64,000 nt of DNA from an uncultured Chloroflexia bacterium (lineage in GTDB: Bacteria; Chloroflexota; Chloroflexia; QHBQ01; JADMIH01): positions 32,001 through 96,000 of the forward strand of contig CAWCNY010000007.1 in NCBI GenBank assembly GCA_963797095.1, given 5' to 3'. Of this stretch, positions 56,248-64,000 are shown piece after piece. A program made the position numbers and the translations under genes. A model generated the notes under the pieces. It was not told the origin of the DNA. It did not search any database and saw only the letters and a program-made list of their open reading frames with translations. Position 1 is the first letter of the stretch. Each line of letters begins with the position of its first letter.

Positions 56248-56350
56248 GTTCGCACCTGTATTCGGTCGTAGTTGCAATTATCAACGCTGCTCATGGCAGA
56301 GATTTTTGCTCTGCTATGACGACAAGCGCTCGAAGCCTGCGCGCACGTGG

Positions 56351-56412
56351 GCAGACTCTGACACCATTATTATCAGTGGTGGCATCGCAAAGGGTAATGG
56401 GAATTTAGTACC
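56351..56412 (-). promoter_or_regulatory. Putative promoter of the first long tadE, homologous to 58000-58059
   Basis: Minus strand GGTAC-10 nt-TTACCC-17-GATAAT...AGAGTCTGC. Confidence 0.5.
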
Positions 56413-56547
56413 GTCGCACTTCGCCCTAAAGTAGTATTTCAAAGCTAGTACCTGGTGACCCGAATCCTAATACGCGAACGTAATCTACTGTCAAAAGTAC
56501 TGTTTACGCTTGCGTATTAATGTTTGGGTCACCAGGGGGAACCTGTG

Positions 56548-57960
56548 TTAGTGACAACTACTCAGATTGCCTAACTGTGCAGTTGAGCTGGCTGAGCCGG
56601 TCACATAACCGGGCTTGCCGGCGGTGGCATCTACGCTGACGTAGAACCACCAACCGCTGAACGACCCGACATTGCACACTCTATAGGTGCCGTTGCCTGC
56701 ATCCGACAGGTTCCCGGACCAGTGTTGGCTGCCGTTGCTTGCCGATACGCTCACAGTCGCACCACTGACTCTGTTGCCGGAGGCATCTGTTACTACTGCT
56801 TCGATATCGAGAGGGTTGTTGCTCCCCCAGGGCATATAGGCCACCACGCTGACATTAAGAGGCGCAATCGTGGGTGTAACGGTAAGCGTAGAGGATCGGG
56901 TAGGAGAGGGGGTCCTGGTCGGCGTGTTGGTACGCGTGGAGGTGGGCGTAATAGTAGGCGTTCTTGTGGCGGTAGATGTGGGTGTAAAGGTGGGGGTGTT
57001 GGTATGCGTGTGGGTGCGTGTGCTGGTGGGTGTGGACGTGACAGCAGGTGTGGGCGTGCGAGTGGACGTAGGGGTCAAGGTGTGGGTGTTAGTAGGCGTG
57101 TTAGTGATAGTAGGCGTATTGCTGGGAGTGCTGGTGTTGGTGCCGGTTGCGGTGGGGGCCAGTGCGGTTTGAGTGGCGGCAGCAGCCGCGGTCTGAGTTG
57201 CAAGCACACCGGCAGTTTGTGTGGCGGCTGTATTGGCAGTACGAGTAGGAATGGCGATAGCGGTCTGGGTCATGTGGGCGATAGCCGTCCCTGCGAAGGC
57301 GGTGGCGGTTTGACCAGCCACGTAGGTCTGAGTGGGGTAAGGAGCAGGGGTCCAGGTGGGGAAGGGCAGGGGCGTAGGCCCCAGGTTGGCGTGGTCGAAT
57401 TGTTGGACCGCTCCCCACGCTTCGTTGATCGATATGGAATACCCTTGAAGTAAGAGGGATGGAATCATTCCACTGATGATGGGAGTAAGGGGCTTGACTG
57501 CGTAGGAGACGCGCACCACGATGGTATCGCCAGGCCCTCCCGCCGTACCTTCCTCCCCACCCGAAGAAACATCCACCTGCCAGAAGCCCCACCCGTTGGG
57601 GTTATCCGTATCGGTCAGGGGCAAACCCGCCAAACCCTGCCTGGCGATATCCTTGATGCTATCTTCGCGCGGGATCGGATTGCCATCCGTATCGAAGAGA
57701 CGCTGGCCGGTGATCGCAAATCGAACAGCCTGGCGAGCGGCATTGTTGACGGTGACCTGAGCCTGCACTATGCGGGATATATCTATGATGCCGAAAATCA
57801 AGAGCAAGAGAAGGGGCGCTACCAGGGCGAATTCCAGCAAACTTTGCCCTTTGCTCTTATTGTGACCTTTTAAGGATTCCCTCGGGCTAACGCTTCTGCC
57901 CTTCTTATCTCTATCCTGTCGAAAATTCCTGGCTTCTTGTATCCAACTATTATTCGTCAT
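56548..57960 (-). CDS. Paralogous TadE-family pilin-like protein with shorter Thr/Pro stalk and Ig-like tip
   Basis: [15 protein letters not shown]...; head and tip closely similar to 54496-56247; start uncertain (57960 or 57993). Confidence 0.85.
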   Translation of the reverse strand: MTNNSWIQEARNFRQDRDKKGRSVSPRESLKGHNKSKGQSLLEFALVAPLLLLLIFGIIDISRIVQAQVTVNNAARQAVRFAITGQRLFDTDGNPIPREDSIKDIARQGLAGLPLTDTDNPNGWGFWQVDVSSGGEEGTAGGPGDTIVVRVSYAVKPLTPIISGMIPSLLLQGYSISINEAWGAVQQFDHANLGPTPLPFPTWTPAPYPTQTYVAGQTATAFAGTAIAHMTQTAIAIPTRTANTAATQTAGVLATQTAAAAATQTALAPTATGTNTSTPSNTPTITNTPTNTHTLTPTSTRTPTPAVTSTPTSTRTHTHTNTPTFTPTSTATRTPTITPTSTRTNTPTRTPSPTRSSTLTVTPTIAPLNVSVVAYMPWGSNNPLDIEAVVTDASGNRVSGATVSVSASNGSQHWSGNLSDAGNGTYRVCNVGSFSGWWFYVSVDATAGKPGYVTGSASSTAQLGNLSSCH

Positions 57961-57999
57961 TACAACTCGATTCTGGTTAGGACGCACTCTCAACTGCTA

Positions 58000-58059
58000 G
58001 CAGACTCTTGTGTCTATTATGGGGTCTGGTGGCTCGACAGGCAATGGGAAGGTGGTACC
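58000..58059 (-). promoter_or_regulatory. Putative promoter of the second long tadE
   Basis: Minus strand GGTAC-10 nt-TTGCCT-17-CATAAT...AGAGTCTGC. Confidence 0.55.
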
Positions 58060-58254
58060 AATCTTGAGCGCGCCAATAGAGGTATTATGTCCTAATACCT
58101 GGAACAGCGCGACGCACAAGTTGAGGCGCTAGCCGGAAAACTATCACACGGCCCCTGTGCGTAGCTTTTATGCCTGCTTCCTACAAGGCGCAGGCTGGCC
58201 CAACCTGATATAATGGTACGTGCGCCCCGGCTACTGTACCCCTGGCTAATACTA

Positions 58255-59064
58255 ATGAAGACAGAAGATTCGCTGAATTTCGATAACCCATCTCAAGAGA
58301 CTGTTCCTTCACAAACAGAGGCTGATGCGTCACCCAACGGGATGCTGCCGGATAATGAGAAGGCAGATGCCCAAATTGAAGAGCAAACTGCCGAGCAGGA
58401 AGTAGGCAAGCCAGAGAAGCCACGTACCAAGCCGATCATGCGCGAGATGATCGAAACGGTGCTGATCGTAGCGGTAGTTTTCCTTACCGTTCGATTGCTT
58501 ATCCAGAATTTTGTGGTAGACGGCGATAGCATGTTGCCTACCCTCCATAACGAAGAATATTTGCTGGTAAACAAAGCAGCGTATTTTCAATACGACTCGA
58601 ACTTCTTCGCGAGATTGTTCAACCCGGACACCCCCTCCGACTTGCACTATCTTTTCGGGGGGCCGTCGCGCGGCGATATAATCGTGTTCAACTCACCCAC
58701 CGAGCCTAAAGATTTCATAAAGCGAGTGATTGCACTTGAAGGCGAAACGTTGGAGATACGCCCCGACCCCGACCCTATTGGACGCCCAGGCAGTCCCTGT
58801 GGGGATTGCGGTGTCTATGTGAACGGCGTGCGGCTGGACGAACCTTATATTAAGGAAACACCCAATTACCGGGTAGAGCCAATGGTCGTGCCGAAGGGCT
58901 ACGTATATGTACTGGGAGACAACAGACGCAACTCCACTGACTCACACGCGTTCGGGCCACTGGCCGTGGACAGCATCATCGGCCCGGCCTTTGTAGCCTA
59001 CTGGCCCATCGACAGGTGGGGCTTCCTGTCGCACCCCACCTATGCGGCCACGGCGCAGCCATAA
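58255..59064 (+). CDS. lepB: Signal peptidase I
   Basis: Single TM, GDSMLPTL (Ser), RGDIIVF, FIKRVI (Lys), GDNRRNSTDSH; start 58255 or 58213. Confidence 0.95.
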   Translation: MKTEDSLNFDNPSQETVPSQTEADASPNGMLPDNEKADAQIEEQTAEQEVGKPEKPRTKPIMREMIETVLIVAVVFLTVRLLIQNFVVDGDSMLPTLHNEEYLLVNKAAYFQYDSNFFARLFNPDTPSDLHYLFGGPSRGDIIVFNSPTEPKDFIKRVIALEGETLEIRPDPDPIGRPGSPCGDCGVYVNGVRLDEPYIKETPNYRVEPMVVPKGYVYVLGDNRRNSTDSHAFGPLAVDSIIGPAFVAYWPIDRWGFLSHPTYAATAQP

Positions 59065-59118
59065 GCTATCTTTGAGCAACCGGTCACGTAAATCGATTAT
59101 GGCAATGGTGAATACAGC

Positions 59119-59842
59119 TTAGGGATTTACCCACTGGCGGGTGGCTAGGTCAAAGGTGTAGGTGATTTGGGGTGTATGCTCTATCGTAGTGACGGTGAAA
59201 AGCGTCCCATCTACAGACGTGATCATTGTGGTCCCTACTTTATCTGGTGTAGGGATGTACTGCGATTCAAGTGTGTCTCTGACATAGACCCAGATCAGCC
59301 CTTGTGTCATATCTCTGTAGTGCGCCCCTGATCTTTTCAGGGTCGTAGTACAGTCTATGACCGGAAACTTGGTCGGCTCAATAAAGGCTGGAGGAGTGGC
59401 AGTAGTGACAGTGAAGTCACATGTAGATTGATCGCCCTCGAAGAACTGAGCATCTTGCGAAGTGATGAATATATGCGCCAGGAGTAGGGGTGCTTGTCGG
59501 CCCACCACCAAGGTTAGGCCCGGAAGTCGGTGTGTTGGTTGGCCCGCCCAGCTGATAAAGTACGTTCACTGGCTGGCCCATCAATTCATTATTACCAGGT
59601 GCAAACAATGCCTGGAACGGCAGTTGCTGATTTGCTTGCTGAGATTGAACTACCTGGGCATTCTGGGCATGGAAAAGTGTAGAATCGTCAGCCTTCGTCC
59701 CAGGTGTTATAATGCCGGATATTGCCAATTCAAACAAGATGGGGATAGCGATAACTAAGAGCATGCTCATGGCAACCCGGCGAAGTCGTGAAAACAGCCC
59801 GAAATCATGATTGAGAAGGCGGAATGATGTACTAGGAGTCAT
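59119..59842 (-). pseudogene. Frameshifted exported hypothetical protein
   Basis: Signal/TM plus GGPT.TPT linker ORF (59417-59842) overlaps a second-frame ORF ending TFDLATRQWVNP; switch near the ATATAT run at about 59469-59474. Confidence 0.5.
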
Positions 59843-59945
59843 GGTAATCTACTAATGAATAGGAAAGTATAATACTTGATTCTTGCGAAGCTGTACCAAT
59901 CATATAATATGTATATCTCAGAGTCAATAGCCACAATGTACGATT

Positions 59946-60944
59946 GTGTGGATGTCGGTCGTCTCAGGGACACATGTGTTAACCGGTAAGAGTAACGCGC
60001 ACGAGCACGGTCATACACACAGACACGCCGGTGATAGCACGCATGGAGAATCGGCCAGGCGCTACATCCTCCTCTCGTTAGGCGCAGCCATAATCAATAT
60101 TGCCTTCAAAGGCGGCGCGTGGATGCTCACCGGGTCGGTCGGTATGCTGTCCGACGCTGCCGAGTCGGTGATCAACTTGCTGGCCGCCGGGCTGGGGTTC
60201 TGGTTGCTCACCGTGGCGGCACGCCCGCCCGACGAAGAACATGCTTACGGGCACACGAAAGCCGAGTATTTCGCCAGCGGTGCCGAAAGCACCCTCATCC
60301 TGGTAGCGGCGGTTGCGATAGCCTGGGCCGCCTGGGGGCGCTTGCTCTCACCTCAAACCCTCGACAACGTATGGATCGGGCTGGCCGTATCTCTGGTGGC
60401 AAGTGTGGTGAATGGCGTAGTCGCATACATCCTCTTTGGCGCGGGCCGCAGGCTGAACTCGATCACACTCAGGGCCGATGCCAACCATTTAGTGACAGAT
60501 GTATGGACCTCGGCGGGCGTGCTGGTGGGGGTGGTGCTGGTGCAGATCACCGGCTGGCTCATACTCGACCCGCTTATCGCATTCCTGGTAGCCGCCAACA
60601 TCGCCTGGACGGGCGCGCGCCTACTCAACGATTCGGCACACGGCCTGCTCGATACGGCCCTGCCACAAGCCGACCTGGACACCATCGCCAAAGTGCAGGC
60701 CACCTACCGGGCACAGGGCATAGATTTCCACGCTTTGCGCACCAGGCAGGCGGGTCAGCGCCGCTTCATCTCGATGCACGTACTGGTACCTGGGGCCTGG
60801 ACGGTATACAGGGGGCACGCTCTTTGCGAGCGTATCGAGCGCGATATTATCGCTGCCCTCCCCAGGAGCACCGTTTTCACCCACCTGGAGTCGCTGGAAG
60901 ACCCCACATCTTTTACCGATCAGGGCCTCGACCGCCGCTCGTGA
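59946..60944 (+). CDS. Cation diffusion facilitator (FieF-like) with His-rich N-terminus
   Basis: SDA.ES..N, PPDEEH.YGH.KAE, DA.H..TD, DP, H.LR.R..G, H.E. Confidence 0.93.
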   Translation: MWMSVVSGTHVLTGKSNAHEHGHTHRHAGDSTHGESARRYILLSLGAAIINIAFKGGAWMLTGSVGMLSDAAESVINLLAAGLGFWLLTVAARPPDEEHAYGHTKAEYFASGAESTLILVAAVAIAWAAWGRLLSPQTLDNVWIGLAVSLVASVVNGVVAYILFGAGRRLNSITLRADANHLVTDVWTSAGVLVGVVLVQITGWLILDPLIAFLVAANIAWTGARLLNDSAHGLLDTALPQADLDTIAKVQATYRAQGIDFHALRTRQAGQRRFISMHVLVPGAWTVYRGHALCERIERDIIAALPRSTVFTHLESLEDPTSFTDQGLDRRS

Positions 60945-61416
60945 ACCGGGCTGGCATAGGAAAATAGTACTGAATCTAGTAATCCGATAGTGTGATGCGA
61001 ACATCACGGCAGCAATCTATGATAATCCTGTAGAGTTCCGTTCGTACAATAAGGGATTGGTCCCTATATGTGTACGGAATCCATCGCCCCTACGCGACAA
61101 AGATTCAGTAAACGTGTGTGTAGCCGCCCCACACGCGCTATCACAGGAGCAAATCGATACCACAGTATTGTGGGCCACTTTCTGCCATGTTCAAGGAATG
61201 GGCACCCCGGTTTATTGTGCAAAACAGCCTTGAAAGTGGCATTAGTACGAATGGCAAAGCGATACTAGTACCTACTGCACCTGTGCCTGGCGACAGCGAT
61301 CATATATAAGTATGGTACGGGTACAAAAGCGGACAGACTCGTTGCCGATGTGCTATTATGAGGCGGAGTAAAAGTCGGCTTTTCCCGTCAATGGAGTTTC
61401 TCGGGGAGTTCATTTA

Positions 61417-64000
61417 ATGTCCAGACGCGCATGGGCGTACATCTGGTTAGTATTCGTTGCCACGGGCGCGGCAATGGGTGTTGCCTTGCTCTCGTTCCCA
61501 GTTGGGTCAGCCAATTGGGGCACTGTGCTCGCCTTCGTGGTGCTCGCTACCCTGGCACAACTCTTTAAGGTAGAAGCGCCGAGCAACCAGACCTATTACG
61601 TAACCACCATATTCTTGTTCGCGAGCGTCCTATTGCTCAACCCGGCGCTCTTTACGCTGGTAGTGGTCGTCTCCTATCTCGTAGAGTGGATCAAGGAGCG
61701 CATCGTCGATAGCCCGCTCCTGCGCAAGTGGTACCTCCAACCGTTCAACATCTGCACGCATGTGCTGGCGGGTTTCGCCGCCAAGGGCGTGTATGTGGCT
61801 TTCGCTTCCAGCACACCCAACCAATTAGCTACCCCCGAATTCTTCACCATCGAGTCGGTGGTGGGCGTGGCAGCCAGCGTAGCTACCTATGTAATAGTGA
61901 ATCACACGATGATAGGGCTGGCGCTTGTGCTGGCGCGCAAAGTCTCCTGGCGCGAGTCGCATATCATGGACCCGGAAGCCCTCCTCACCGAGTCGGTGTT
62001 GTTGCTGATGGGAGCCGTAACCGCGGCCCTCTGGATGATCAACCCCTGGCTCGTACTGCCCGCCCTGTCACCACTCCTCCTGATCTACAAGACCCTCACT
62101 ATCCCGCAGCTAAAGCACGACGCGCGCATCGACAGCAAAACCGGATTGCTCAATGCCAAGCATTTCACCGATTGCTTTGCCGCCGAATTGGACCGGGCCA
62201 GGCGCTTCAACAGGCCCCTCTCTCTCATCCTGGCCGACCTCGACCTGCTCAGGAACGTCAATAACACCTACGGCCACCTGGCCGGAGATAAGGTGCTGGC
62301 CGAGATCGGGCGAGTAATACAGAGCACCATCCGCGAATATGACGTAGCCGGTAGGTTCGGCGGCGAAGAATTCGCCATCGTGCTGCCCGAAGTTGAGATA
62401 GATGAAGCACGCTTGATAGGTGAGCGCTTACGGGAAGCCGTCGAGCAGACGAACATTGATATCGCCACCAGCGATACTCCTATTCAGGTTACTATGAGCC
62501 TGGGTATCGCCTCCCTAACGCTCAATACAAGCAACCTGACAGATATGCTCCACTCGGCTGACGTGGCAGTGTACCAGGCCAAGTTGCAGGGCCGCAACCG
62601 GGTGATCTGCATCTCGGACGTACCGCACTCGCTCGACCTTGAGAAACTGGGGGTTTCCGAGAGACGATCCATACCGACCCAGACTTACCAGTTCGTTCCG
62701 AGGCCCATGCCCACGGGGGACTATTCGAGTTATGTCAACGTCAATGGCGGCAGCAACGGCAACGGGCACAAGACAGAGATGCCCAGCGTCGCGGCGAACG
62801 CACCCGGAAGCGATTCGCACCTTGCCGAGGCAGCCATACGACCTATAATGGCCCAAGGTTCCGAAGACGGCGACCACCAGACCACAACAGGCTGGACCCT
62901 ATCAACTTTAGACACCGTAGACCCGGCTGGAACCGACAATGGAGCCTCGCATCCAGAGCATGAAGTAGAAACCCGCAAACAAACCAATACGCTGCCCAAA
63001 GCGCCCGACCAGACCAGGGCGCAGGTATTGCTTACGCTGTTCGTGGGGGTAGTGATCGCGCTTGGGCTGTTCGCTGTGGGTGCGGATGCCCTCCAGAGGT
63101 TCATGAGCGGGAAATTCAACTACACGATCACCGACGTGGCAATGGTCGGCATCCTCATCATAATGGCGATGCTGGCCGAGTATTTCCAGATCACCCTCTA
63201 CGGGCCGGATACCCTGTCGGTGTCTATGGCCCTCAACTTCGCGGCAGCGCCGATCATGGGCGTGCCAGGAGTGGCGGCGGTGAGCCTGGCGATCGCGCTG
63301 GTGCACTACATACGCCGCAGGCCCGCGATCTATAAGACGGCATTCAACTGGGCAACCCACCTGCTGGCGGGGCTGCCCGCGGTGTTCTTCGTTACCGGCG
63401 TGCGCGACAGCCAGTACCTGGGCACGATGGCTGTGCTGGCAATATCGGTGCTGGCAGCCTCGGCGGCCTATTTCGTCGTAGATACGGGCCTGGTAGCCAC
63501 CGCCATCGCGCTCTCCAGCGAAAGCAATCCTGCGGTGGTCTGGAAAGAGCGCTACCAGTGGCTCGCCGGGCACTACGTGGCGCTGGGCATCACCGGCCTC
63601 TTTATCACGGTGGCCTACGTCGCCATTGGCCCGATCAGCGTGCTGGCTTTCCTCGTACCTATCGCCATGATGCGATATGCCCAGAAGCAGTACGTGGATC
63701 GCACCGAGAGCAGCGTGCGCGAGCTGAAGCGCATGAACGCAGAGCTTACCCACGCCAACCGCGAGGTGGGGCTTGCCAACCTGGCGATCCAGGAATTGAA
63801 CGAAGAACTGTTCCTGACCCTTTCCAAGATCATCGACGCCCGAGACCCGTATGTGGGTGGGCACGCCGCCAAAGTCGCCGATTATGCAATCGCCATAGCC
63901 CGCGAGCTTCACATGCCAGAGCACAAGCTTGAGCCTCTGCGGCAGGCAGGCTTCCTCCATGATATAGGCAAGATCGGCATCTCCGAGCAGGTGCTCCATA
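61417..64000 (+). CDS. Membrane diguanylate cyclase/HD-GYP phosphodiesterase (TM-GGDEF-linker-TM-HD), 3' end outside window; absent from ORF track
   Basis: Open frame from ATG 61417: TM block, DSKTGLLN, DLDLLRNVNNTYGHLAGD, REYD..GRFGGEEF, second TM block, IDARDPYVGGH, LHDIGKIGI. Confidence 0.92.
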   Translation, partial: MSRRAWAYIWLVFVATGAAMGVALLSFPVGSANWGTVLAFVVLATLAQLFKVEAPSNQTYYVTTIFLFASVLLLNPALFTLVVVVSYLVEWIKERIVDSPLLRKWYLQPFNICTHVLAGFAAKGVYVAFASSTPNQLATPEFFTIESVVGVAASVATYVIVNHTMIGLALVLARKVSWRESHIMDPEALLTESVLLLMGAVTAALWMINPWLVLPALSPLLLIYKTLTIPQLKHDARIDSKTGLLNAKHFTDCFAAELDRARRFNRPLSLILADLDLLRNVNNTYGHLAGDKVLAEIGRVIQSTIREYDVAGRFGGEEFAIVLPEVEIDEARLIGERLREAVEQTNIDIATSDTPIQVTMSLGIASLTLNTSNLTDMLHSADVAVYQAKLQGRNRVICISDVPHSLDLEKLGVSERRSIPTQTYQFVPRPMPTGDYSSYVNVNGGSNGNGHKTEMPSVAANAPGSDSHLAEAAIRPIMAQGSEDGDHQTTTGWTLSTLDTVDPAGTDNGASHPEHEVETRKQTNTLPKAPDQTRAQVLLTLFVGVVIALGLFAVGADALQRFMSGKFNYTITDVAMVGILIIMAMLAEYFQITLYGPDTLSVSMALNFAAAPIMGVPGVAAVSLAIALVHYIRRRPAIYKTAFNWATHLLAGLPAVFFVTGVRDSQYLGTMAVLAISVLAASAAYFVVDTGLVATAIALSSESNPAVVWKERYQWLAGHYVALGITGLFITVAYVAIGPISVLAFLVPIAMMRYAQKQYVDRTESSVRELKRMNAELTHANREVGLANLAIQELNEELFLTLSKIIDARDPYVGGHAAKVADYAIAIARELHMPEHKLEPLRQAGFLHDIGKIGISEQVLH

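Noticed and set aside
62908-63999. 363-aa minus-strand ORF and other short ORFs in 61600-64000
   Set aside because: Shadows of the + strand GGDEF/HD-GYP frame, which the track omits because it has no stop in the window.
1-64000. tRNA, rRNA, transposase, integrase, prophage or known defence genes
   Set aside because: None recognised by eye; a covariance or HMM scan would be needed to exclude divergent cases.

Overview
GC-rich bacterial chromosomal segment, most likely Chloroflexota (inferred from the QYFERAxFELH cell-surface repeats, the GT-C protein with a 'V.LYWQ' C-terminal domain and a transcriptional T-box). It is mainly housekeeping and metabolism: degV, fabF, proS, murJ, hppD-FAH-hmgA tyrosine catabolism, T-box-controlled tyrS, PMM/PGM, an SbcC-type SMC ATPase, lepB, a CDF transporter and a GGDEF/HD-GYP protein that runs off the right edge and is missing from the ORF track. 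I found no rRNA, tRNA, CRISPR array, transposase or integrase. Non-obvious signals: (1) a four-helix-bundle (23S-IVP/Avd-like) gene bracketed by a perfect 30-bp inverted pair of heptamer tandem arrays inside an operon; (2) about a dozen other 7-nt tandem arrays, several forming 'empty' fold-back pairs, overlapping stop codons, or sitting in a T-box leader and a CDS; (3) a stand-alone cluster of four Tad-type pilin-like genes, two with long mucin-like Thr/Ala/Pro stalks and one Cys-rich; (4) an orphan NHLP-clan/RiPP-precursor-like gene; (5) deletion-scar pseudogenes (dprA::Gfo/Idh/MocA chimera; LLM oxidoreductase). All calls come from reading the sequence and recalled family motifs; no searches were run.
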